Positions 1-11,241 of a stretch of DNA of 23,536 bases are shown here, in pieces. The translations under genes were made by a program, and so were the position numbers. Below the pieces are notes generated by a model. That model was not told where the DNA came from. It ran no database searches and saw only the letters and a list, made by a program, of their open reading frames with translations. Where the stretch lies: NCBI GenBank assembly GCA_963807635.1, contig CAWEDJ010000074.1:1-23536 (forward strand), read 5' to 3'. The DNA comes from an uncultured cyanobacterium (GTDB taxonomy: Bacteria; Cyanobacteriota; Cyanobacteriia; Cyanobacteriales; Microcystaceae). Within the stretch, counting starts at the first letter, position 1, and each line of letters begins with the position of its first letter.

Positions 1-151
1 AAAGTTACCTCACAGCGATCATTTACTTTTCTTTAAACAAGATCGATTTAGGAATCTATCATTTACAATAAGAAGTTGAGCGGGGTACTTTACTTATACT
101 TAATTTCCGCGCTCTGCGACTCAATCTGTAACTCTACAGGGCTTAATCATC

Positions 152-456
152 ATGTATCCTTCTACTGAAAGAAAGCTTCGTCGGACATCTTCTACTAAGA
201 ACCTTCCTCTCCGAGAGTATAGAAAAATTGTTGGCTATTTAAGGGATGGAACTGAAAAAAAAGCAAAATTTTACCGTCAAAAGCATCAAGATAAAAAGTT
301 GGTAGCTATTCGATTTGAGCCTGAAATTCTAGATAGCGAAGAGGGGATTCGTCGAGAATCAAATACCTCATAGAATCAGAACAACGTGGGGATAAAATCT
401 TTGTACAAAGACCCGATGAAAAGTTACGCAGAGTGTCTTTTCGACAAAAATTTTGA
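152..456 (+). CDS. Small basic protein, probably ribbon-helix-helix/CopG-like; one apparent frameshift near 345-361
   Basis: ORF 152-373 (…VAIRFEPEILDSEEGIRRE) continues in the -1 frame from ~361 as KYLIESEQRGDKIFVQRPDEKLRRVSFRQKF to TGA 454-456. That tail resembles, from memory, the C-terminus of cyanobacterial CopG-like proteins (…Y…EQ.G.KILIQK.D..IREVVFR). Confidence 0.4.
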
Positions 457-547
457 TCAGGAGTCATTTCTCCATAAAATAAATTAACAATCACAAAAAT
501 AAATAACTTTATCTCCTGAAAATTATCATTTTTAGAATACTTGTATA

Positions 548-1015
548 ATGAGTGAAGATCAACCAGAAATCCCTAGTACACAAACAGAAACTCAAGAGAT
601 AGAAAAAATCCTCACTGAAGAAGACCAGATTGTAGGGATAGATAGTTCTCTATCTTCTTCAGAGTCACTTGATTTACCTCTTTCAGAAGAAGATACAAAA
701 GAAATTCGTAAGACTTTTGAAAGCCCAATCTTAGAAAAAGATGAAAAAGAGATTGCTCAGAATTTAGATATCAAGCGCGAAGATACTCGCTCATTGCTTG
801 CAAGTTGGTTGATTTCTATATTTGGCTTTACTTATTTCGTTACTATTGGTGTGATGTTGTCCGTAATGTTTATGCCTGTTAACGACAAAGAGCAGAGAAC
901 AGAAAGATACAATTATTCTAAGGATGTATTTTCTTTATTAATGTCAACGCAAACGGGAATAATTGGTGCTGTTTTAGGATTTTACTTCGGAAGTAACCGT
1001 AATAAAAATTCATAA
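548..1015 (+). CDS. Hypothetical membrane protein: acidic low-complexity N-terminus plus two predicted TM helices
   Basis: Intact 155-aa ORF. The first ~75 aa are E/D/S/T-rich. Hydrophobic segments are LLASWLISIFGFTYFVTIGVMLSVMFM and VFSLLMSTQTGIIGAVLGFYFG. Confidence 0.8.
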   Translation: MSEDQPEIPSTQTETQEIEKILTEEDQIVGIDSSLSSSESLDLPLSEEDTKEIRKTFESPILEKDEKEIAQNLDIKREDTRSLLASWLISIFGFTYFVTIGVMLSVMFMPVNDKEQRTERYNYSKDVFSLLMSTQTGIIGAVLGFYFGSNRNKNS

Positions 1016-1062
1016 ATTAAGAAGGTCAATTGGTGGCTTTTTGAACATTGAAAAACTAATTT

Positions 1063-4000
1063 TTAATTCCCACTAATCAACTGCAACAATTGATCCGTCA
1101 AACCTTACCGCTCATATCCGTCCCTTCCAATAAACTATCCGTCATATTGCGTTTTTGATGGTGTAAATCCACAATCTTTTCCTCGATCCTATGTTGGGCA
1201 ACTAAACGATAAATCGTTACAGGACGCTTTTGCCAAGACGATGGGCGCGATCGCTGGCTTGATCTTCTACGGCGGGATTCCACCAGGGATCCATGTGAAT
1301 CACATAGTCGGCGGCAGTGTAATTTAAACCCGTCCCCCCGGCTTTGAGACTGATTAAAAAGACATCCCCTTCCCCATTTTGGAAAGCATCTACCCGTTTT
1401 TTGCGTTCCTTGATCGGGGTGCTACCGTCAGAATATCGGTAGTTGATTTTTTGCGCGTCTAGATAGTTGCGGATAATCGTTAGGTGATCCACAAATTGAC
1501 TAAATACCAGAGCTTTGTGACGATTTTCTAATAATTCTTGCAAAATTTCCCCAAAAGCTTCTAACTTAGAACTTTTAACAGGACTATCGGGCATGATCAA
1601 ACTGGGATTACAGCAAGCTCGACGTAAGCGCATAATTTCCGCTAAGACCTGTAAATGTTTGGCTCCCGCCGGGGCATTGCTGTTTTCTAATTTGGCGATC
1701 GCCTGACCACGGAGAGCTTCATAGAAAGCCATTTCTTCTTGGCTGAGTTCCACTTGAATCAGGATTTCCGTGCGGGCGGGTAACTCCTTGAGAACTTGAT
1801 TTTTAGTCCGACGCAAGAGAAAAGGCTGAATCAGGCGTTTGAGATTATCACGGGCGGCTTTATTTTGATTGCGTTCAATGGGATTGGCAAAGCGTTCGTT
1901 AAAACTTTCCAAAGAACCCAATAACCCAGGATTAATAAAGCGGAAGAGATTCCACAATTCCCCTAAATGGTTTTCGACGGGGGTTCCCGTTGTTAAAAGT
2001 TTAAATTCGGATTGCAGATTCATCGCGGCTTGGGAACGCTTGGTCGCCATGTTTTTAATGGCTGGGCTTCATCCAAAACCACCACTTGCCATTGCACTTT
2101 TGCTAACATTTCCGATACTTCTTCCTGTTGCAACAATCCATAGGTGCAGAGAACTAGGTCAAAGGGTTGGAGATTTTCTAAGACTGAACCGCGATCGCCA
2201 CTGCCAAATTGAAAGGGATTGAGAGTCGGTGCAAAACGATTGGCTTCACTAATCCAGTTGGGACAAACGGAGGTCGGAGCCACGATCAAAGTTGCCCTTT
2301 GGCAGCTTTCGTCAGGATTAAAGCCAACGCCTTAACAGTTTTACCCAGCCCCATATCATCGGCTAAACAAGCCCCCACTCCCCAATGGGCTAAACGGGCT
2401 AACCATTGAAAACCTTCCAATTGATAATCCCGTAAATCCGCTTGTAACGTCGAAGGCAATTGGGGATCGAGGTCTTTCATTTCCTTGATGCGTTTGATAT
2501 GTTCCTTCCAATGGCGATCGCTTTTGAGACTTTGGCCTCGTCTAACATATCTTCGAGAGCAAGGGCTGCCAGGGGATGGAACCGCCGACCTTTACCCTGC
2601 TTTTCAGAAAAAGCTTTTAATTCTTCTAATCTTTGGCGAAATTCATTAGTTAACGCCAGAAACTGCCCATCCGCTAGGGCAATAAAACGACCAGGGCTTT
2701 TTTCCATTAATTCCATTAACTGTTGCAAGCCGATGACTAAATTATCATCAATGCGCAATTCCCCTTCAGCCGCGAACCAATCCCGTTGTCGTTGGATATT
2801 GAGATTAAATTGTCCAAAACCTGCCTGATGACTGACCCGTAATTTTTCCCCTTCAGGCCATTCAACCTTGACTCCATCCCCCACAGTTTGCAATTCTAAG
2901 AGTAATTCCAAGCAATTTTCGGGGTCTTCGAGATACCATTCTCCCCCTTCACTATCGTTGATCACTAAAGTCGGTAACGCTTTAATAATTTCCTTAGACC
3001 GTGCTTTTTCTTCGGTCAGATTACGAGTGGTCTGATAACGTTGACCGTCAATTTCTGTGATCACCGTTTCACCGCCTTTTCCTGGTTGGAAATAGGGGCC
3101 AGTTTCCCCAAACGGCCGAGTCATTAAAGCAACTTTTAATCCGCCTCCCATTGGTAACAAATGGAGATGGGGCAGACTATGGGAAGGCAGTTCTTGGGCA
3201 TTTTCTAGACCGCCACCAATGTCGGAATGAACCGTTACTAAGCTCGCGACTCCATTAATGGCTGTCAGCACCTTTTCTTGGGCGGTAATGGGGACTTCTA
3301 GATGATTATTTTTTCCTAAAATGGTGGCAATTTGCTGATGCTGTTGGGTGACATGAATCACCTTCAGACGGGTTAAACTTTCTTTTAAAACAATTACCTC
3401 AACGCCAGAGGAAAGATCAGGCTGAAGTTTTAAAATTAATCGTTCATTTTTCGTTTTTTTCACCTGAAGTTCAGGTTCCCCTGCAACGACTTCGATTTGT
3501 ATAATGGGTGTGCCATCTAAAAATACCAAAGGATGACCTACTAGGGCCACAAAAGCCGTTTTTTCAAATTCATATTCTGTTTGTCCGTAATAACCCACCG
3601 AATAGCTTTCTAAATGACTACAAATCTGCCAATCCTGGAAGTAAAATAATTAAAATCGGCGGATTGTTTGGTTAATCTTTTGAGAGCGATCGCTCTTCCT
3701 GCTGTCCAATCTCCTTTTTTTGTCCAACTTTGTTCACGGGGAGCGAGGGCGTAATTTTTTTCGGAGTAATAAGTCACAAACCAGGCTAAACGTTTAGTGG
3801 CGGCAGGGATGATTTCTGCCTTTTTATCCGAGGGTTTACTGATTAAATTGGCTAGAGCATTGAGGGATAATTCCCAATCACTCTGGGGTTTGAGGATATC
3901 TAAAATACTCACTCCGCCTTGTTGTTCTCGCCATTCGGAAGCAATGATCTCGTAAACCTTTTGAGAAGACGGATCGCAACGGGCAATGAGTTCAGCCATT

Positions 4001-5286
4001 TCAGCCGATAACCATTGATAACCTGCTCGATAGGCTTGTCGCTGTAAGGCTTTAGCATGATTAACCAGAGCCGCTTTGTTATCCTGTTGTAACCAATAGG
4101 TACAGATCAGTTTTAAAAAAGTAACTAGGCTATGTTCACCAGAATTAAGGCGGCAACGGTGTCGCAAAATGTCTAGTTTCCCGCGATCGCCCTGTTGCCA
4201 TTCTAATAAATAAGTTAAGGTTGTATAAACTTCATCTAAATAGGAATTATCTGACAAATCTACGGCGTATTTAAGGTAAGTTTTGGCTTCTCCTAAACAA
4301 ACAGCCGAACCTTCTCCAATGAGGGCAAAAATAAAGAAGATACCCGAAATTCCTGGGAGATATATCTTGCGCTTTTTGGTTAATTTTTTGATACTGGTTA
4401 GGGCAGTATTGTAATGTGCGATCGCCTGGGTATAATCTCCTTTAAGAAAGGCAATATTCCCTTGATAAAAAAAGTAGTTACTGGGATGGAGATCAGGGCA
4501 ATTTTTTTCAAACTGTTTAAAGACTTTTTCTAGCTCCGTTAATTCTCCTCGAAGCATCATCTGTTCAGCAAATTTTGTAGCCAAACCATGATAAATTTTT
4601 TCTGTCTCCATTATTCTTTTTGTGAATTGTTCAAACAATTCTTCCATAGGAGATAAACTTTCTAGGGATGAAGCCAATTTAGCTTCAACAGCCAGTTCAA
4701 AAAATTCCGTATTAAGACTATTAATCCAATCCAAATCAAAGGGATTGTCGATCATTTCTAGAAAGATTGCTTCTAAGCTAATCCGTTTAGAAGAGGAATA
4801 AAAATAATAATCTTGAAATTGCTTATCAATAAATTCAAAATCCTGGCGGTAAATACCAATGCGAACTTCTCGGATAAATTCCGATTCTCCATGAAATGAT
4901 CGGCGATTATTCGCACCATATTCATTTATCGGGAACGTGGCCGCGATCGCTGCGACTAGTTTTTCAAATTCTCCTGTTTTTACCGCCTCTCGAATGGGAA
5001 TTTCGCTTAATGAGGGATGGCAAGTAATTCCTGTCCCCTTTTCTGCCATTAAGAACCCTGATGTGACGAGGGCATCCAGGGTTGGCTTGAGAGTGTTTGC
5101 ATTCAATGCTCTGCCCTGATTATCCCGATAGTTCAAACGGTTTAAGCACAACATTAAATTATTCCGAGAAACTGGCACGTAGAGTATGGACAAGAATTGC
5201 AAAATTGTCTTCTCTAATTGAGGTAATTTCTCATATTGAACGGTTAAAGGCTTTTTATTTTCAAATTTAACGATATTATTAGACAT
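1063..5286 (-). CDS. SNF2-family (SF2) DEAQ helicase/ATPase, ~1400 aa, split by six frameshifts (sequence error or pseudogene)
   Basis: Consecutive minus-strand fragments supply motifs in order: LRDYQLEG, LADDMGLGKT (I), IVAPTSV (Ia), LDEAQ (II), TGTPVENHL.ELW (III), LVFSQF (IV), SLKAGGTGLN (V), DPWWNP…QASDRAHRLG (VI). Frame changes are near 3637, 2531, 2295, 2062, 1233 and 1099. The repaired C-terminus …TDQLLQLISGN ends at TAA 1063-1065. Start taken as ATG 5286. Confidence 0.9.
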
Positions 5287-5738
5287 AAAATAAGATCTCA
5301 AAAAAAATTTTTTACTTAAACCCGATCGCCAATCCCCTAGAACAAAATTGGGAGATTTAGGCAGCTAGAGAAGGTTAATAAGAGAGGCTCAATCCTATCA
5401 ATAACCTATGCGGTTTTCTACTAGTTTGGCTTGTTCAGGAGTATGTCGCAGATAGGGAGATTAAACTTCCAGGGATGCAAGGAGACGGGTAAACGGTGAG
5501 CTAAAGTTGGGAGACTAGGGAAGCGACAAACTAACTGTAATCAAAATCTAGTCCCTATTTTGTATCAAAATTATACAATACTTACAGGAAAGACCAAAAA
5601 GTCTGTTTCTTTAAATGAGGTGAGAATTGAATGATGGCGATCGCCTTTTCCTAACGGTTTTCTGATTAGGATCAAAGAAGCCAATGCCAATAAAGTAAAA
5701 TAATTGGTAGAATATAAAGCCTTTATGCACACATCGCC

Positions 5739-7208
5739 ATGAGTCATTGGCAACCTGGAACAACAATACAAGAAGACAGATATACAATTGCGAAAATTCT
5801 GGGCTACGGTGGTTCGGGGGTGACCTATCGCGCCAAGGAGAATCCGACCGGGGATTGGGTCGCCATTAAAACCTTGAATGCCCTGATGCAAACCCGTTCT
5901 GATTTTAGTAAACATCAGGAGCGGTTTGTGCAGGAAGCGTTTCGGCTCGCGAAATGTAGCCATCCCCACGTTATCCGTGTTGATAATATCTGCCAGGAAG
6001 GTGCGCTTTGGTGCATGGTGATGGAATGTGTGGCGGGGGGAGATTTACGACAATACGCCGTAGCGAAGGGGGGACTGCCTGAGGCGGAAGCGTTGCGTTA
6101 TATCCAACAGATCGGCTCGGCCTTGGATTATGTCCATCAACAAAAATTTTTGCATCGAGATGTCAAACCCGCCAATATCATGCTACGAAAGCAGACGATG
6201 GAAGCGATTCTCATTGATTTTGGGTTGGCGAGGGAATTTGTTCAAGATGAAATTCAAACTCATACCAATTCCCGTACTGAATCCTTTGCCCCGATAGAAC
6301 AATACGAAAAAACGGCTAAACGGGGAGCCTATACGGATGTTTATGCCCTAGCGGCCACCTTTTACTATGTTTTAACCCTACAATTGCCCTTTCCCGCTCC
6401 CTTTCGTCGTCAAGGAGCCGCCTTGATCCCGCCTCAGCAACATAATCCAAATATCAGCGATCGCATTAATTTAGCGATTCTCAAAGGTATGGAACTCAAT
6501 CCTGAAAACCGTTCTCCCTCTATTTCCGCTTGGCTAGAATTATTGAAGGGGCCTGCCGTTCCCCATCAGTTTCGCCCTAAAAATCCCCAATCCCCTGCTT
6601 TTAATCCCCCGATTCCGCCCCTGAATCCGATTTTTTCTCGCTCTCCCCGAAATACTTCCCCAACTTCCCCTCATAGTGTTTCCCAAAACGTCGCTCCTCC
6701 CATCAATACTTCCGCCCCGACGGTTCAACCCATTCAATCCATTTCCCTGATTTCTATCGCGGGAGTCGATTATGCTCCTCTTCAGGAATTACTCAGTCAG
6801 GCCAAATTTAAGGAAGCCGATCAGGAAACCGCTCGAATGTTGCTGAAATTAGCCAATCGAGAAAAGGCGGGTTGGTTAGATAAAATCCATGTGGATAATT
6901 TACCCTGTGAAGATTTACGGACAATTGATCACCTCTGGCAACAGGGGAGTAATGGTCGTTTTGGGTTTAGTGTGCAACGGCGGATTTATAAATCTGTGGG
7001 GGGAACCTCAGAGCATAACGTTGATACCTGGAAACTTTACTGCGATCGCATCGGTTGGCGACAAAATAATAAAATGTTGTCCTACAAAGACCTGAATTTT
7101 TCCCTGTGGGCCACTGAAGGGCATTTACCGATGTTGGGACTGCAAATTTGGGGCTTTACGGGCTGGTTTGCGGTTTTGGTTTCCCGTTTAGAAATGTGTC
7201 AGATTTAA
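5739..7208 (+). CDS. Hanks-type Ser/Thr protein kinase with Pro-rich linker and C-terminal GUN4 domain
   Basis: Kinase motifs LGYGGSGVTY, VAIK, HRDVKPANI, DFG, APIEQ and DVYAL. Pro-rich linker follows. GUN4-like signatures are DYAPLQELL…EADQET, PCEDLRTIDHLW…SNGRFGFSVQRRIY and GHLP. Confidence 0.93.
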   Translation: MSHWQPGTTIQEDRYTIAKILGYGGSGVTYRAKENPTGDWVAIKTLNALMQTRSDFSKHQERFVQEAFRLAKCSHPHVIRVDNICQEGALWCMVMECVAGGDLRQYAVAKGGLPEAEALRYIQQIGSALDYVHQQKFLHRDVKPANIMLRKQTMEAILIDFGLAREFVQDEIQTHTNSRTESFAPIEQYEKTAKRGAYTDVYALAATFYYVLTLQLPFPAPFRRQGAALIPPQQHNPNISDRINLAILKGMELNPENRSPSISAWLELLKGPAVPHQFRPKNPQSPAFNPPIPPLNPIFSRSPRNTSPTSPHSVSQNVAPPINTSAPTVQPIQSISLISIAGVDYAPLQELLSQAKFKEADQETARMLLKLANREKAGWLDKIHVDNLPCEDLRTIDHLWQQGSNGRFGFSVQRRIYKSVGGTSEHNVDTWKLYCDRIGWRQNNKMLSYKDLNFSLWATEGHLPMLGLQIWGFTGWFAVLVSRLEMCQI

Positions 7209-7366
7209 TGCCGAAGAATAGCGGGAAACAGTTGGAAAAACTTGTCAAACCTCTATTTTCAAAGAAAAAATCGGCAGTGATTAAAAATGACTTTTCCCAA
7301 AGTTTTTCAATAAATAGGATTGTTCACTTTTGACCCTGCCGAAAGCTAGATTTTTTCTATGAATTC

Positions 7367-9019
7367 TCAAGAAGCCGCGATCGCCAAAGGATCTGCTTGA
7401 GTTTGGGGATTGGTCTCTTTTAAGGAGGATTGTTTTTTATGTTCTAAGGCCGCATAAAGACGATTCAAAGCACCGAGATAGGCACGAGCCGAAGCAACGA
7501 TAATATCCGTATTCGCTGAGTATCCCGCATAAACCTTACCTTCATAGCGCAGACGAATGGTAACTTTCCCCATCGCATCAATACCTTCTGTGACGGATTT
7601 AACCGAGAATTCAATCAACTCATTGGGAATATTCACCACTCGATTAATGGCTTTATAAACCGCATCCACAGGGCCAGTCCCGATCGCGGCATCAATTAAT
7701 TCTTGACCATCGGGAGTCCGAATATTCACCGTTGCCGTTGGACAGGAATGATCGCCACAGGAAACCTGCACAAACTCTAGGCGGAATAGCTCAGGAGCTT
7801 GGCGAATTTCGTCATTGACGATCGCTTCTAGATCCCAATCCGTAATTTCCTTGCGTTTGTCGGCGACTTCCTTAAAGCGTAAAAAAGCATTATTGAGTTC
7901 CGTATCGTTTAACTCAAAACCCAATTCAATCAAACGAGTCCGAAAAGCATTCCGCCCCGAAAGTTTACCCAAAACAATCTGATTATGGGTAAGACCGATG
8001 GATTCAGCATCCATGATTTCGTAGGTTAATTTATTTTTGAGAACGCCATCCTGATGAATTCCTGACTCATGGGAAAACGCATTCGCTCCTACGATCGCCT
8101 TATTGGGTTGCACCACCATGCCCGTTAAATCGGAAACCAAACGAGAGGTATAGTAAATCTGTTTCGTGTCGATATTCGTCAAAGGTTCGGTAGAGTCTGC
8201 TGGTCGCCCTAAAAAGGGATTGAAATAGGCACGGCGCACATGGAGAGCCATCACTAATTCCTCTAACGCCGCATTGCCTGCCCGTTCACCGATGCCATTA
8301 ATAGTGCATTCCAGTTGACGCGCGCCATTTTTGACGGCTTCCAGGAAGTTCGCAACGGCTAACCCTAAATCATCGTGACCATGCACAGAAATAATCGCTT
8401 GGTCAATATTGGGGACATTTTCCTTGATACCCCGAATTAATGCTCCAAATTCTCCAGGGGTTGTGTAACCCACTGTGTCGGGAATATTTACCGTTGTGGC
8501 TCCTGCTGCGATCGCCCGTTCTAGGACTTGATACAAAAACTCAGGATCACTGCGCCCTGCATCTTCAGGAGAAAATTCCACATCATTGACAAAAGATTTG
8601 GCATAGGCGACCATTTCAGGCACAATGTCCAAAACTTCCTGACGGGTTTTCTTTAACTTGTAGGCTAAATGAATATCGGAAGTTGCTAAAAACGTGTGAA
8701 TTCGATTATTAACCGCAGGTTTGAGGGCTTCGGCGGCGGCTTTAATATCATTCTTGGTGGCTCTGGCCAAACCGCAAATTGTGGGGCCATTTTCTAAACC
8801 TACCGTTTGAGCAATTTTTTGGACGGCTTCAAAATCTCCAGGGCTGGCGTAGGGAAAACCTGCTTCAATGACATCGACTCCCAGTCGAGCGAGGGCGCGG
8901 GCGATCGTCAGTTTTTCTTCAACCGTCAGGGTTGCACCAGGGGATTGTTCCCCATCTCGTAGCGTGGTGTCAAAAATGATGATTCGGTCTGCTCGTTCGG
9001 ATTGGGTAGTCATAATCAA
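7367..9019 (-). CDS. leuA: 2-isopropylmalate synthase
   Basis: [29 protein letters not shown] and HESGIHQDG motifs, plus a C-terminal regulatory domain (GTGPVDA). The start could be ATG 9013. Confidence 0.97.
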   Translation of the reverse strand: MIMTTQSERADRIIIFDTTLRDGEQSPGATLTVEEKLTIARALARLGVDVIEAGFPYASPGDFEAVQKIAQTVGLENGPTICGLARATKNDIKAAAEALKPAVNNRIHTFLATSDIHLAYKLKKTRQEVLDIVPEMVAYAKSFVNDVEFSPEDAGRSDPEFLYQVLERAIAAGATTVNIPDTVGYTTPGEFGALIRGIKENVPNIDQAIISVHGHDDLGLAVANFLEAVKNGARQLECTINGIGERAGNAALEELVMALHVRRAYFNPFLGRPADSTEPLTNIDTKQIYYTSRLVSDLTGMVVQPNKAIVGANAFSHESGIHQDGVLKNKLTYEIMDAESIGLTHNQIVLGKLSGRNAFRTRLIELGFELNDTELNNAFLRFKEVADKRKEITDWDLEAIVNDEIRQAPELFRLEFVQVSCGDHSCPTATVNIRTPDGQELIDAAIGTGPVDAVYKAINRVVNIPNELIEFSVKSVTEGIDAMGKVTIRLRYEGKVYAGYSANTDIIVASARAYLGALNRLYAALEHKKQSSLKETNPQTQADPLAIAAS

Positions 9020-9133
9020 TGTTGCACTTCATTAATGAAGGATTGTCTCTATTACTAAATTATAAAGTCGCTTTTCCCCAAATAACCTCTAACTCAGAAA
9101 AATCTATCGTTAAGAATTAGTCAAAAAACTAGC

Positions 9134-10096
9134 TTAGTGGTGAACGCTGCCATCGGGCATAATCGTTTCGGTTAAATTAATATTACTGATATTACTTTTC
9201 TCAAAATTAGCATTCCTTAAATCCGCTCCTCGTAAGGAAGCATCCATCAAATTAGAAACTTGTAAGTTCACACTCACTAACAAGGCTCGATGCAACAGCG
9301 CGTAATCTAAGGTTGTATTCTGGAGCAATGCTCCTTGGAGTTTCGTTCCTTTTAGAATTGCCCCGCTTAAATCAATTAATTCAGGTAAATTTGACCCTCT
9401 TCGCCCCAGATCCGACAAATTTCTCACCCCTAAATTGTCTTCTCGCAAGATGGCTCTGGCTAAATTTACGCCTTTTAAATTTGCCCGACTAAAATTAGCC
9501 TGCTGTAAAAAAGCTCCTTTGAAATTGGCATTACGCAGTTGACTCAAGCTTAGATCCGCCTTATACAGATTGCAATTTTCTAGGTTTGCTCCGCGCAGAT
9601 CTGCCCCCGTTAGGTCAGCGCGACTCAGATCCGCTCCTGTCAAATCAAGCCCACTGAGATCGGCTCCACTCAGATCTGCTCGGTTCAGATTAGCCCCTGT
9701 TAAATCGGCCCCCAGGAGGTTAGCTTCACACAGCACTGCGCCTCTCAATTCGGCATGGATTAGACGGGCTTGCTTGAGGTTAGCACGGGTTAGATTTGCC
9801 CCCACCAGGGTCGCTGAGGTTAAATCCCCCCAACTGAGATCGGCATAACTGAGATCGGCTCCCGATAAATCGGCATTCATTAATTTTGAGGTAATCAGTC
9901 GAGCGTAGTTCAAATCCGTTCGATTAAGATTGGCATAACTCAAATTGCTTCCACTCAAGTTGGCCCCATTTAAATCGGCTCGACTCAGGTTAATTTCACT
10001 CAAATCAACCTGTATGATATCCGCGTGTTGTAAATCTAATCGACTAAAATCCCTTGATCCTTGGCCATATTGCCAGATCAGTTGCTCAATATCCAT
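9134..10096 (-). CDS. Pentapeptide repeat (Rfr) protein
   Basis: A(D/N)LxX repeats run through the 320 aa, with the typical Y..G.RDFS N-terminus and MPDG C-terminus. Confidence 0.95.
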   Translation of the reverse strand: MDIEQLIWQYGQGSRDFSRLDLQHADIIQVDLSEINLSRADLNGANLSGSNLSYANLNRTDLNYARLITSKLMNADLSGADLSYADLSWGDLTSATLVGANLTRANLKQARLIHAELRGAVLCEANLLGADLTGANLNRADLSGADLSGLDLTGADLSRADLTGADLRGANLENCNLYKADLSLSQLRNANFKGAFLQQANFSRANLKGVNLARAILREDNLGVRNLSDLGRRGSNLPELIDLSGAILKGTKLQGALLQNTTLDYALLHRALLVSVNLQVSNLMDASLRGADLRNANFEKSNISNINLTETIMPDGSVHH

Positions 10097-10134
10097 AGGT
10101 CTTGCTTAGAGTTGGCGAGATAAAAAATATGCCT

Positions 10135-10761
10135 CTAAGTAATTCCGCTTGTAAGCGGTTGAGGGGATTCAAAATTCCAGTGTAGATAAGGTAATTGGTG
10201 GGCAGTACTGTGAACGTTGTCAATGTTTTGAACTAGTTGGCCGCAACTGTCCCAGGTTCCTGATATTATCATTTTTTTTGCTCCTTCATTCATTTGAATG
10301 GAGATTTCAGAATCGTGAGCGCGGATTATCATGGTTTCTAGATCAACGGTAATGACGGCTTGGGGATCTTTTTCTAACAGTGTTTGAAGTTTTTTAACAT
10401 CGTCTTTGTTCGCCGTTAGACAGGGAACGCCATTGGCAATACAATTTCCAAAGAATATTTCGGCAAAACTTTCTCCCACGATCGCCTGAATTCCCCATTT
10501 AATGATGGCTTGGGGGGCGTGTTCACGACTGGAACCACAACCAAAGTTGCCATTGACGACTAAAATTTTTGCTCCCTGATATTGGGGTAAATCAAAGGCG
10601 TGTTGGCCCTGAAGTTGAATGCGATCGTCGGCAAAAACTTTTTCTCCTAGTCCATCAAAGGTGACGGCTCGTAAAAAGCGGGCGGGAATAATGCGATCGG
10701 TGTCAATGTCGTTACCGCTTAGGGGAATGGCACGACCAATAATTTGTTTAACTTGGCTCAT
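10135..10761 (-). CDS. leuD: 3-isopropylmalate dehydratase small subunit
   Basis: [25 protein letters not shown] and SFAEIFFGN motifs. Confidence 0.97.
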   Translation of the reverse strand: MSQVKQIIGRAIPLSGNDIDTDRIIPARFLRAVTFDGLGEKVFADDRIQLQGQHAFDLPQYQGAKILVVNGNFGCGSSREHAPQAIIKWGIQAIVGESFAEIFFGNCIANGVPCLTANKDDVKKLQTLLEKDPQAVITVDLETMIIRAHDSEISIQMNEGAKKMIISGTWDSCGQLVQNIDNVHSTAHQLPYLHWNFESPQPLTSGIT

Positions 10762-11241
10762 AAATTTATTGCTTGTTTCTCTGAATCTAGATTGGGATCA
10801 TATCCTCTAGATTAAATCACAATACTTTAATTCTAATGATGCCACCTTCAATGGCGATTTCAGGCTTGATCGCAAACTTCTCTCTTTCAGTCGCGATCGC
10901 CCAGATTAATTCATTCTCTGGTAGGGAAACAAAAACAAGTGAAAAACTTGCGTTTTAACCAAACCATCACTATTCATTAACTTTTGTGCCAAACTAATCA
11001 ACACCCCCTACACCAAAAGTCGTAAAATCTACCTCAGTATATTCACTTATTTTTTTCAGAAAAGGCTAACTAACTAAGTATTTTTGCATAGCCAAGACTT
11101 TTTTTTAAATAAGGATCGCCTTTTGTTTTTTTTTCGTGCATAATGGTGGGCATTTATGAAATGAAGATTGATTAGATTCAAATTTAAAGATTGATTAATC
11201 TCAATCCAACAGTAAGTTCAAATTATTTATCTGAGAAGTCA

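Noticed and set aside
1869..2828. Plus-strand ORFs 1869-2222, 2209-2409 and 2460-2828
   Set aside because: Antisense shadows of the SNF2 gene with no recognisable motifs.
5302..5738. ncRNA or gene remnant in the SNF2/kinase divergent spacer (and ORF 5571-5969)
   Set aside because: Only a 6-bp GACTAG/CTAGTC inverted match and no recognisable RNA family. The ORF is antisense to the kinase start.
7209..7366. Bidirectional terminator between the kinase and leuA
   Set aside because: Only loose A/T-rich inverted matches about 60 bp apart, with no GC-rich stem plus U-tract.
9134..10096. 15-bp periodic DNA repeats suggesting a CRISPR or tandem-repeat array
   Set aside because: Fully explained by pentapeptide codons. 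There are no constant repeats with unique spacers.
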